Shown: piece after piece, positions 27,935-35,993 of the stretch | How positions within the stretch are numbered: position 1 is the stretch's first letter | Layout: every line of letters starts with the position of its first letter | IMG/VR virus record: IMGVR_UViG_3300035204_001725 | Span: 366 to 64,365 of that record | Reading direction: 5' to 3' (one strand) | Length of the DNA: 64,000 bases | From: a virus | Taxonomy: Duplodnaviria; Caudoviricetes | Notes under the pieces: generated by a model | The model's input: only the letters and a program-made list of their open reading frames with translations | Database searches by the model: none | What the model was told of the DNA's origin: nothing | Made by a program: the position numbers and the translations under genes

Positions 27935-29437
27935 ATGAGCAGTTATAAGCCGCCCGTTAGGAGCAATAAGATAAATAGGAACTTTCAAATAAAAGTACAT
28001 TTGTACTTTAACCCTAATTCTTTTAATAGATCTACAGATCCAACGCCGAGGTTTTATTTGGCGCCCATAGAGCTGTTACATGTAGAAGACGCGGCTTTTT
28101 CAGATAAAGCAGAAGAAAACGGGTATGTTAGGTATGCGAATAACTATTGGAGATATAAGGACAACACCTCCCTGTCAGAGTCTGAAGTTTTATCTATTTA
28201 CGAAAAAATAAAAACTAGTTATCCGTATGGATATATAACAAATGACCCAGCGTCTATTAATAAATATATTGCTGACGTAAAAGAAAATGAAGGCTTTCAG
28301 TCCTTTTATAAAAAATATTGGGAAAATAACTCGGCAAAAATTATCGAGCCAAGTTTCGCCTCAGACGGAACAAAGGAATATCCTTATTCATATATAGAAT
28401 TTACAATAAACGAAATTGTTACTCAAAAATATACGGTGGGCACCGTTCCAGCCCTAGAAGATGGTTTAACAACTGCCGCGGAGTATGGAACAGGCACAAT
28501 TTATTCAGAGCCAAGTATGTGGGCTTGTAACGACGACATTATTCAAGTCGGAACAAACGGTACAAGATTTTCTGTGCAAGGTATTCCTCATTACTCATTA
28601 AAACTTCAAACTAGCGGAAAATATAGAATTGATTTAATGTCAGATCTTGAAGGCTATAATTCAATGTACGTATGGCCCACGGGAGGGTCTTATGGCGGTT
28701 ATAGCGGTTATAGATTTAGACTAAGCACCGGGATAGATGGTAGTCACAATGGGTTTTCTGATTATACGAACGGAGTAAGCTACATCGAGACGCCTGAAGT
28801 AGGTAATTTTTTTACGAAAGTTATTCCAAAAACTAGCTATTTGGGCGGCAACGACGATACACACCCATATTATTATAGCGGAAGCTCAGATGGTTTTGGT
28901 TTAAGCGGGAGTGGGTCGGGAACGCTAGCAACGGGTATTAATATTAGCGGCTTTGGATATGATGAGGCCCCGCTTCTTACTTTAAGAAAACGCTCAACTT
29001 ATTACTTTAATCAATATGACAGTTCTAACGTTGGGCATCCCTTGTATATAAGCACTCATCCGTCTGGTCAGGGTTCTCACCTATACACCTCCGGTGTTAC
29101 ACATCATTTTTTTGGGGGAGACACTGTTTTAGGGGGCTCCTATTTACCCGGGACAACGGGTTACCACGTTAAATTTACGGTACCCGAAGACGCGCCGAGT
29201 ACGCTTTATTACGGTTGTCTCAATCATGCGTATATGGGGGGGCAAATTAACATTATAAGTGATCAGCCTCCCGCGTCTTACACGGGAAGTATTCCGCAAG
29301 AAAGTATCCTTATAGATTTAAGCAGTAACACAGAGGAAAAGACGATACATTACTACTCTCCTGACGTATCAGGTATGGGCGGAAGAGTTTTTATCAAAAA
29401 TGACTGCTCGGATGACGTTTTGTTTGCGAATTATTAG
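27935..29437 (+). CDS. Probable virion protein with cupredoxin-like repeat(s)
   Basis: LTLRKRSTYYF.Q...N.GHPL...VP.DAPSTLYYGCLNHAYMGGQINI, plus a degenerate second copy (YYSPDVSGMGGRVFI). Confidence 0.6.
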   Translation: MSSYKPPVRSNKINRNFQIKVHLYFNPNSFNRSTDPTPRFYLAPIELLHVEDAAFSDKAEENGYVRYANNYWRYKDNTSLSESEVLSIYEKIKTSYPYGYITNDPASINKYIADVKENEGFQSFYKKYWENNSAKIIEPSFASDGTKEYPYSYIEFTINEIVTQKYTVGTVPALEDGLTTAAEYGTGTIYSEPSMWACNDDIIQVGTNGTRFSVQGIPHYSLKLQTSGKYRIDLMSDLEGYNSMYVWPTGGSYGGYSGYRFRLSTGIDGSHNGFSDYTNGVSYIETPEVGNFFTKVIPKTSYLGGNDDTHPYYYSGSSDGFGLSGSGSGTLATGINISGFGYDEAPLLTLRKRSTYYFNQYDSSNVGHPLYISTHPSGQGSHLYTSGVTHHFFGGDTVLGGSYLPGTTGYHVKFTVPEDAPSTLYYGCLNHAYMGGQINIISDQPPASYTGSIPQESILIDLSSNTEEKTIHYYSPDVSGMGGRVFIKNDCSDDVLFANY

Positions 29438-29444
29438 AATTTAT

Positions 29445-29473
29445 TTGACTTAAATAATTTAATACTGTATAAT
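29445..29473 (+). promoter_or_regulatory. Near-consensus sigma70 promoter for the ribozyme transcript
   Basis: TTGACT (29445-29450), 17 nt, TATAAT (29468-29473); predicts a start near 29479-29481. Confidence 0.85.
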
Positions 29474-29479
29474 ATAATA

Positions 29480-29701
29480 GATTTAAATCGGCCTTATTGG
29501 GTGAATTCGGTAGAACTCTCTCGTAGACAATACCGAGCCAAGTCGGAAGTGGGCTTAGTGCTTCCGAAGGGTGTAGAGACTAGAGGGTGAGTCCCAACAA
29601 TAACCCCTCCACGAGCGCCCAACACCGAAAGGTGAAGATATAGTCCGAACTGTATGGCGACATACAGAAGTCGTAATTAAAAAAGCGACGGTAACATATT
29701 G
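29480..29701 (+). ncRNA. ORF-less group I intron ribozyme (IA-like), lacking an upstream 5' exon
   Basis: P3 TTGGGTG 29497-503 / CGCCCAA 29616-22; P4 TTCGGT 29506-11 / ACCGAG 29532-37; P6a TCGGAAG/CTTCCGA; P7 GACTA 29578-82 / TAGTC 29641-45; P7.1 GAGGG/CCCTC; P8 CACC-GAAA-GGTG; J8/7 AAGATA; P9 CTGTATG-GCGA-CATACAG; P9.1 GTCGT/GCGAC; omega-G 29701. Confidence 0.93.
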
Positions 29702-29777
29702 GATTACGTGATTGGTGCAGTGTACTAACTAGGGACCATGCAGTTTCTAGCCAAGTAAACTAAATTGCGTGTCGGCT
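29702..29777 (+). ncRNA. Predicted 76-nt circular RNA product (exon of the permuted intron)
   Basis: Bounded by omega-G 29701 and U29777; the predicted junction GGCU|GAUU pairs 8/8 with IGS AAUCGGCC, with the U-G wobble at the splice site; folds by hand into a rod. Confidence 0.7.
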
Positions 29778-29794
29778 GAACCCCAATTAATATT

Positions 29795-30181
29795 ATGGCT
29801 AAAAAAAAGAAAAGCGCGAAAGCGTCAAAGAAAAAGGTAGAACTAAAAGAGATGGATCAAACCGATGGAATGGACCAGACCGAAAAGAAGTTTCAATCCT
29901 CTACGTTGGATCAAGTGTGGGGAGATGATGGAACCTCTCAGTACAGGACCATGGACGCTGAAGTTTATGAAAAGGTTATTCATAACATGTCTAAAGCCGA
30001 CTTGAAAGCAGAAGCAATTAGGGTTGGACTATTGCCTATTGATAATGTTGATCAGCTTGTAATTAGGCTGGTTAGGCAATTTAATTCACACGTGTCCGCA
30101 TATAAAATGCCTCTTGATCAACAAAAAAAGGGGATGACTCTAAGTGAAGAGTCTATGAAAATTCTGGGAGAAGGTAAATAA
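29795..30181 (+). CDS. Hypothetical protein with a Lys-rich N-terminus
   Basis: 128-aa ORF starting 18 nt after the predicted 5' splice site. Confidence 0.7.
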   Translation: MAKKKKSAKASKKKVELKEMDQTDGMDQTEKKFQSSTLDQVWGDDGTSQYRTMDAEVYEKVIHNMSKADLKAEAIRVGLLPIDNVDQLVIRLVRQFNSHVSAYKMPLDQQKKGMTLSEESMKILGEGK

Positions 30182-30204
30182 TTTCTCAATAACCTAAGCA
30201 ACGA

Positions 30205-30215
30205 GTGTAATATCT
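30205..30215 (+). promoter_or_regulatory. Putative phage late promoter (GTGTAATATCT)
   Basis: Recurrent motif upstream of ATG 30226. Confidence 0.55.
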
Positions 30216-30225
30216 ATATGGTATT

Positions 30226-30585
30226 ATGGCACTCGTTAATTACAATTTAGACATTATTCAGGGCTCTACTTTTTCCGCCCAACTTATTGCGAAAAACGCT
30301 GATGGTACAGCCGTCAATTTAACTGACTATTCAGTTAGGGGCGTTATGAAATATAATTACGGCACGGGTGTGTCCCTGCTTAACTTAAACCCTTCTGTAA
30401 ATACAACCTCTCCGAACACTGCTGCGAGCGGTGTCATTGATGTAAGCATATCCGCTGCGGCTGCATCAGCCTTACCTGTTACCGTGGGCGTCTATGATAT
30501 AGAAATGTATAACAACAACGAAACCGAGGTTAAGAAACTGCTTGACGGTAGAATTAAGGTATATCCGGAAGTCACCAATATTTAA
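30226..30585 (+). CDS. BppU-like Ig-fold structural protein
   Basis: I.QGSTF...G.AVNLTDY...G.I....GVYDIEM...KLL.G.I.V.PEVT pattern. Confidence 0.7.
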   Translation: MALVNYNLDIIQGSTFSAQLIAKNADGTAVNLTDYSVRGVMKYNYGTGVSLLNLNPSVNTTSPNTAASGVIDVSISAAAASALPVTVGVYDIEMYNNNETEVKKLLDGRIKVYPEVTNI

Positions 30586-30590
30586 AGTGA

Positions 30591-31673
30591 ATGCCGAACG
30601 ATCCACAAAAAATTAATGTAGTCATATCTGGCAGTCCAGACGCGCAGGTAGTTTACCCTAGTGCGAATACAATTAATTTAAACCAAACTTCGAGCACGGT
30701 TAACGTTACGCAGTCCTCTTCTTCGTCGTCTGTATCGTCCACTCCAGAGTCTAATATAAATGTAGGCTTCATGGGTATTCAGGGTATAGCTGGAAGCGCT
30801 GTCACCGCTCCGGGAGCAGCTTTAGACGGAGAAGTATTATATAACGAAAATGGTTATGTTTCTGGTGCTCGGGGGTTCTTTTATAATAAAGGTGCGAGTG
30901 AAATTAAAATAAGCGGAAATAATTTACTGTTGACTAGTGGGAGCACGGCTGTTTTATCTGGAACGACTGACGAAAGTGCGTTCTTACTTAGAGATGCTAA
31001 CGCAGACCTACTCAAGGTTGATACTAAAAATAAAAAAATATTATTATCAAATAATACTTCATCAACTCAATACCGGATAGGAATTGGAGGGGATACGCCT
31101 CGGGAAAAAGTACATATATCAGGTGGCAACTTAAGGGTAGATGGAAACATGTTAGTAAGTGGCAATATTCTTCCCCTAAAGAGCGGTGAATTTAATTTGG
31201 GCTCTCCCACTTTTCCGTTCAAGGACGTATATCTTCATGGAGATAGTATTGTTTTCGTTGATAAAGACTCAAAGATAACCGCGTCAAATACAGGCTTTTC
31301 TTTTCAGGTTACTAACGCTGAAGGGGTGACTAGGGAAATAGGTTCAATTACAACAGAAAACGTGGGGATATTTAAAGGTGACGGCTCGGGATTAACTGGG
31401 GTTAAATATAGCGGTTTACAGGACGCTGGAGCATTTATACAACAAGTAGTACCAAGCGGATCAGAAAAGGTAACCGTTGACTATGGTAAAACTTTGAATT
31501 ATGACCCCGCCGTTATATGCGCTCTTACCTCGCCCACGGGCAATAACAATGCTTATTTTACACATGTAGAAAGCATTTCTAGAACCGGCTGTAAGGCCCT
31601 TTTTAGTGAAAATATTGACGGAAATGGATTTATCTTAAATTCTCACATTTCTCCCATAAACCCAGTATTTTAA
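30591..31673 (+). CDS. Tail fibre-like protein
   Basis: IGIG..TP.EK.H.SGGNLRVDG and ILP....FNLGS....KDVYL fibre motifs. Confidence 0.65.
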   Translation: MPNDPQKINVVISGSPDAQVVYPSANTINLNQTSSTVNVTQSSSSSSVSSTPESNINVGFMGIQGIAGSAVTAPGAALDGEVLYNENGYVSGARGFFYNKGASEIKISGNNLLLTSGSTAVLSGTTDESAFLLRDANADLLKVDTKNKKILLSNNTSSTQYRIGIGGDTPREKVHISGGNLRVDGNMLVSGNILPLKSGEFNLGSPTFPFKDVYLHGDSIVFVDKDSKITASNTGFSFQVTNAEGVTREIGSITTENVGIFKGDGSGLTGVKYSGLQDAGAFIQQVVPSGSEKVTVDYGKTLNYDPAVICALTSPTGNNNAYFTHVESISRTGCKALFSENIDGNGFILNSHISPINPVF

Positions 31674-31697
31674 TTTTCGGTATAACTCGCTAATTGC

Positions 31698-31708
31698 GTG
31701 TATAAATA
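31698..31708 (+). promoter_or_regulatory. Putative phage late promoter (GTGTATAAATA)
   Basis: Motif variant containing the T4 late-promoter octamer TATAAATA; AGGAG RBS follows. Confidence 0.55.
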
Positions 31709-31725
31709 GATAGGAGTTTTTAATT

Positions 31726-33501
31726 ATGGCCAATAAAGTATTTAATGTAGATCAACTAAGGTTAGGCGGCAACTTACTAACCGGTAATGTAGGCGGCGAG
31801 CTTTTCTATCAAGGAATTAAGTTAGCGAACGGCGATTCCGCAGTTCCATTAACGAGGACGATTACTCTCGCCGGAGGTGTTAGTTATAGTGACGGCACGG
31901 ACAGTAAGAGTCTTGCCACCAACTTAACTCTTCAAGTTAATGTAGACAATAGTACTATCGGAGTTAACGGCGCAGACGCGATATACGTTAAAACTGGTGG
32001 GGTTAACTGGAATCAATTGCATGCAGATGTCGCTGGCCCCGGTCTTGGTGGTGGACACACTAGTAATCTTTATGTAAATGCTGGCTCCGGTATTCAGGTC
32101 AGTAATGACCAAGTACACGTTAAGCCCTTGGGTATCGAAACCTCCATGATCAAGGCTGACGCGGTTACAAACGATCAATTGGCTCAGATAACTGAGGTCG
32201 GAAAAATCCAAGGTGGAGCGGTCACTCTACACGGAACTACCCTAGCGACAGGATCTACTAAGGGGTTAATGATTAAGGCTGGCGGAGTCGGCCTAGATGA
32301 AATTTCTACTAACATAGCTGGTAACGGTCTTCAAGGTGGAGGCGGTAGTAAAATTGATATTGTTCCAGCGTTTGGTTCGGGCATCGCCGTAAGCTCTACC
32401 GAGATCGGCGTTGGTCTCTTGGGCGTTACAAACGCCATGTTGGCTGGTAGTATCACCAACGGTAAATTAGAAGACATTACTACTACTAACAAGGTATACG
32501 GTGGAGCGGTAAGGCATGACTCTACCCTCGGTGTAACGAGTAACAACCTTCATATCGCTTCTCAAGGCGTTAACGTAAATCAACTTCATTCTAATGTAGC
32601 AGGTAATGGTATTAACGGAGGTAATGGTGCTCAACTTACTGCGGATCCGGGTTCCGGTATCGTAGTTAACACCAACGGCATTAACATTGGTCCTACTGGT
32701 GTTCTTACCAGCATGATCAAAGACGGTCAGGTTACCAATGCTAAGTTGGCCGGATCGATCGACTCTAGTAAGCTGAATCTGGTCGGGGGCTCTGGTCTAG
32801 TCCTAAATGGTAACGACATGGACGCCGGCGCCGGCGACGGTATTAACGTAACCGCTAATGCTATCAGCGTTGATTCTACCGTTGTTAGAACTAACGCTAC
32901 ACAAACTTTAGACGGAAATTACACTTTCAATAATGCTGTAACTTTCGAAACGGGAATCTTAGTTAAAGGTGATCTAACTGTTAAAGGTCAAACGATCCTT
33001 CTTGATTCCAATACAGTAAATATCGGTGACAATATTATCGTCCTTAATGCCGACTATGCGGGCACTGAAGCTGCAGCGGTAGACGCCGGTATTGAAATCG
33101 AACGTGGACAAGCGACTAACAACGCTTACATACTTTTCGATGATTATCAAAGCGACGTCTGGAAAATCGGTACGGCGCCCGCTAATGCGGCAGATCCGTC
33201 TGCCTCACTTTATCAAGTGCATAGTGCTGAGTTTACTCGCTCTTACTCCGCGGAAATTAGTTCTGGCGTATGTTACTATCACCTACCGTTTGCACACACT
33301 TTCTCATCACTGCCCAATGTGACCGTGTCCTTAGAGCACACTGGCAAATACAGCATAAACAATCCCGACCTACTCCATGCGATGGTGACCGGCCTATATA
33401 CAACTGGCGTACACGTGGCATTTTCTGCGAATACTCCTGCATCTGGTTATTTCTTACACGCTAACGTTTCTTCAGTAGGAACAAGAACGGTTCTTAGTTA
33501 A
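31726..33501 (+). CDS. Repetitive fibre protein
   Basis: Repeated VAG.GL.GG, GSGI.V and VT.A.LA units; DNIIVLN...AGIEIERG block; C-terminal F...F...P.V.V lectin-like domain. Confidence 0.7.
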   Translation: MANKVFNVDQLRLGGNLLTGNVGGELFYQGIKLANGDSAVPLTRTITLAGGVSYSDGTDSKSLATNLTLQVNVDNSTIGVNGADAIYVKTGGVNWNQLHADVAGPGLGGGHTSNLYVNAGSGIQVSNDQVHVKPLGIETSMIKADAVTNDQLAQITEVGKIQGGAVTLHGTTLATGSTKGLMIKAGGVGLDEISTNIAGNGLQGGGGSKIDIVPAFGSGIAVSSTEIGVGLLGVTNAMLAGSITNGKLEDITTTNKVYGGAVRHDSTLGVTSNNLHIASQGVNVNQLHSNVAGNGINGGNGAQLTADPGSGIVVNTNGINIGPTGVLTSMIKDGQVTNAKLAGSIDSSKLNLVGGSGLVLNGNDMDAGAGDGINVTANAISVDSTVVRTNATQTLDGNYTFNNAVTFETGILVKGDLTVKGQTILLDSNTVNIGDNIIVLNADYAGTEAAAVDAGIEIERGQATNNAYILFDDYQSDVWKIGTAPANAADPSASLYQVHSAEFTRSYSAEISSGVCYYHLPFAHTFSSLPNVTVSLEHTGKYSINNPDLLHAMVTGLYTTGVHVAFSANTPASGYFLHANVSSVGTRTVLS

Positions 33502-33552
33502 GGCGATCCGTCCTCTATTAACATAGAATATACATAATTCAGCCTTATAATC

Positions 33553-33580
33553 AAACCTCACTGAAAAGTGGGGTTTTTTT
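33553..33580 (+). terminator. Rho-independent terminator
   Basis: AAACCTCACT-GAAA-AGTGGGGTTT plus T tract. Confidence 0.85.
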
Positions 33581-33581
33581 A

Positions 33582-33611
33582 TTTACATTTCTTATTATTT
33601 AAAAATATAAT
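33582..33611 (+). promoter_or_regulatory. sigma70-like promoter
   Basis: TTTACA-18 nt-TATAAT after the terminator; the region is AT-rich, so a chance match is possible. Confidence 0.4.
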
Positions 33612-33631
33612 AAAAGTGGGATGCTATACCT

Positions 33632-33958
33632 ATGAATAAACTACAAAAAAAGAAGGTAGAACAAATTACTAATTTTATAGTAAATAATATCACCTTAGCT
33701 GAAGTTAGTTCTCTAGTTGTGGAGAGAGCCTCAGAGACAGCGGAGTTTATTGTAAAAAATGAACTAGACCCGAAAGACTTTAATTCCGCGATTGCTAGAA
33801 AAAAGCTATATAAGAAAATTGTAATAAAGGACGGAAAGGTACAAATAAAAGAAGAAAAGAGTTGGTATGATAATCTATTAAATAAAATCGGAATTCGTAA
33901 GGAAGAAAAAAAAGAAAAAAAAGTAGTTACCTTAACGACAAAGAATACTAAGGGATGA
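33632..33958 (+). CDS. Hypothetical basic protein
   Basis: ATGA overlap with the next gene. Confidence 0.6.
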   Translation: MNKLQKKKVEQITNFIVNNITLAEVSSLVVERASETAEFIVKNELDPKDFNSAIARKKLYKKIVIKDGKVQIKEEKSWYDNLLNKIGIRKEEKKEKKVVTLTTKNTKG

Positions 33959-34905
33959 ACGGAAGAAATTTATTTTTAGGTAATGTTTTAGGCCCTACGG
34001 GACCGCAAGGGCCTCCGGGCACCATAGGAGTGGATGGAGCCACGGGAGCGACGGGCCCCTCAGGAAGCCCCGGGGGAGCAACGGGCCCAACGGGGATGAC
34101 GGGACCTATAGGCCCTACGGGAGCTACGGGGCCCAAGATAAACATAACTGGTTATTCTAGTACGACTTTGACTTTGTCCGCCTTGACTACTGGAGACGCA
34201 ATTACTTTTACCGTGTCTCCTTCTAGTTTAGAGTATGCCGTAGGTCATCATATAAGGTTTTATAGTACGGGAACATCTACAGATCACGTAGAGGGCACCA
34301 TATTTTATTATTCTCAAGACACGCTATCCATTAACGCAGAAAATATCGTAGGAAACGGAACATACAGTGGGTGGAAGGTAAGTATAGCTGGAGAGAAGGG
34401 AGACAGGGGAGAGATGGGGTCCACCGGACCAGCGGGAGCATTGGGGCAGCTCCCAGCTAATTATTTTGTTAAAGCAAATAACGAAGGAATGAGTGACGTG
34501 GGAGTTTTATATCAAAGCGAAGCGGACGACTATATCGGCGTAAATAATACGGATCCCATCGCTCATTTGGATGTAAGTGGTACCTTGAGATCAAGGAACA
34601 TAAACCAAGGGGCCGCGGCGATGAGTGGTCATGTGGTAATTGATCCAGATCAGACGAGTGCTTCGTTTGGAATATTACACCATATAGTTCCCAAAGTAGA
34701 ATATCAAGAATTAGCCGGGGACGGATATATTTCTGACTTTGAATTGACCTCTTCGTGTAGGTCAAAAGACTGGTTATTCATTTGGGACGCAAATAATACG
34801 CGCCTCTATACTCCCAATGAATATGAAGTCAACGGAAAGATATTAACTTTCGCTAACGACAGCAAGCCCCCGGGAGCGTTTCAAGTAAGGCATACTATAT
34901 TATAA
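33955..34905 (+). CDS. Collagen-like fibre protein
   Basis: G-X-T/S triplets; IGVNN.DP...LDV.G fibre motif. Confidence 0.8.
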   Translation: MNGRNLFLGNVLGPTGPQGPPGTIGVDGATGATGPSGSPGGATGPTGMTGPIGPTGATGPKINITGYSSTTLTLSALTTGDAITFTVSPSSLEYAVGHHIRFYSTGTSTDHVEGTIFYYSQDTLSINAENIVGNGTYSGWKVSIAGEKGDRGEMGSTGPAGALGQLPANYFVKANNEGMSDVGVLYQSEADDYIGVNNTDPIAHLDVSGTLRSRNINQGAAAMSGHVVIDPDQTSASFGILHHIVPKVEYQELAGDGYISDFELTSSCRSKDWLFIWDANNTRLYTPNEYEVNGKILTFANDSKPPGAFQVRHTIL

Positions 34906-35993
34906 TGAGTACTCAGAAAACATTTGTTACTGATAAAATACGCACTTCAGAAATTTGCGGTTTGGATGGGGGAGCCGTAACTATTTGTGGCGTCCTCGCT
35001 GACTCTAATAGTATAGAAAGTTTAAGTGGTCATTTCATAACCGGAGACAATTTGACTATTAGCGGTTTAAATGATTCTTTGATATATACTAAATCTGGAA
35101 TATTTGATGTTATTAAAGCTAATGAAATAATAGTTGACGGAACTGGGAGCTTTGATGAATTAATTATTGACGGTATAAAGTATACGCCCAGAGATCATAT
35201 TGCTTACGCTTTTTATTTTGGTGGCCCTCCAGTAAAAGTACCTAATAGGTTTGCTCATATAACAGGACAAGGAATACCTGATGAAAATAACCCTCAGCTT
35301 TTTACGGGATTGGCCATGGGGCAAAATTATATATTTCTCGACTCTACAGAGTCCTTTAAGTCGGGAGATCATGGGATAATTAATCCCGGGGGAGTATATA
35401 ACGATGGGAAAACTCAAGAAAAATTTACGGTTTCTGGAATAGATTATTACAGACCTAGTAATTGTTGCAATGCAAAAGCTGCTGGGAGTTATGTCGCCGG
35501 AGTAGATACCGTTAGTCACCTTGACGAGGATAATGATGGTTACCGATTTTACGGTGGAGACGTAATAAAGATCGAGGGAAGTAATACCGCATATACCGTA
35601 ACTGGTACAGACGTATCTACATCAACTACTAGATACGTCGAAGTCTCCCCCCCCTTAACTGACGCGGTTCCTTTGAGCGGGTGTCTATGTCTGGTTCATC
35701 CTACATTAAAAACTAATGAAGTTTTAAAAAACAATTATCCACCGTGGACACGAGTAGCAAATAGGCACTCGGATCTGGTAGAAGGAAATCCCGGAACAGC
35801 TATCCCGGGATGCAGCGGTAAGTGTTATGATAATAAATATCTTTATCTTGAACAAGGAGTATATACTGGAAACTTCGATTGGTATTTAACAGGTTATAGG
35901 GAATATTTTGTAGACTTTTCTGGCATTGATGTTCATGCTACCGGCGATAATACATCGGGCATATTAACTTTAATATATCCAGACTTAATGTAA
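34905..35993 (+). CDS. Hypothetical fibre-associated protein
   Basis: TAATG coupling to both neighbours; rich in beta strands, Gly and Cys. Confidence 0.6.
   Translation: MSTQKTFVTDKIRTSEICGLDGGAVTICGVLADSNSIESLSGHFITGDNLTISGLNDSLIYTKSGIFDVIKANEIIVDGTGSFDELIIDGIKYTPRDHIAYAFYFGGPPVKVPNRFAHITGQGIPDENNPQLFTGLAMGQNYIFLDSTESFKSGDHGIINPGGVYNDGKTQEKFTVSGIDYYRPSNCCNAKAAGSYVAGVDTVSHLDEDNDGYRFYGGDVIKIEGSNTAYTVTGTDVSTSTTRYVEVSPPLTDAVPLSGCLCLVHPTLKTNEVLKNNYPPWTRVANRHSDLVEGNPGTAIPGCSGKCYDNKYLYLEQGVYTGNFDWYLTGYREYFVDFSGIDVHATGDNTSGILTLIYPDLM

Noticed and set aside
29702-29777. 76-nt exon as a circularly permuted tRNA-Ile(GAU)
   Set aside because: The length and CU|GAU junction are suggestive, but GUCGG does not pair with CGUGA, there is no T-loop UUCRA and no cloverleaf; it folds as a rod.
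29702-29777. Rolling-circle translation of the circle
   Set aside because: The only AUG (29738) reads MQFLAK* and stops after six codons.
29300-29795. Conventional intron joining ORF 27935 to ORF 29795
   Set aside because: ORF 27935 ends at TAG 29437, I found no good upstream P1 partner for GGCC nearby, a promoter occupies the would-be exon position, and the sequence after omega-G contains several stop codons.
30591-31673. Frequent SG/TG dipeptides as a glycosylation sequon
   Set aside because: I count 11 SG and 4 TG in 360 aa, but the protein is Ser/Gly-rich and GS is also common; this needs a proteome-wide statistical test before any claim.
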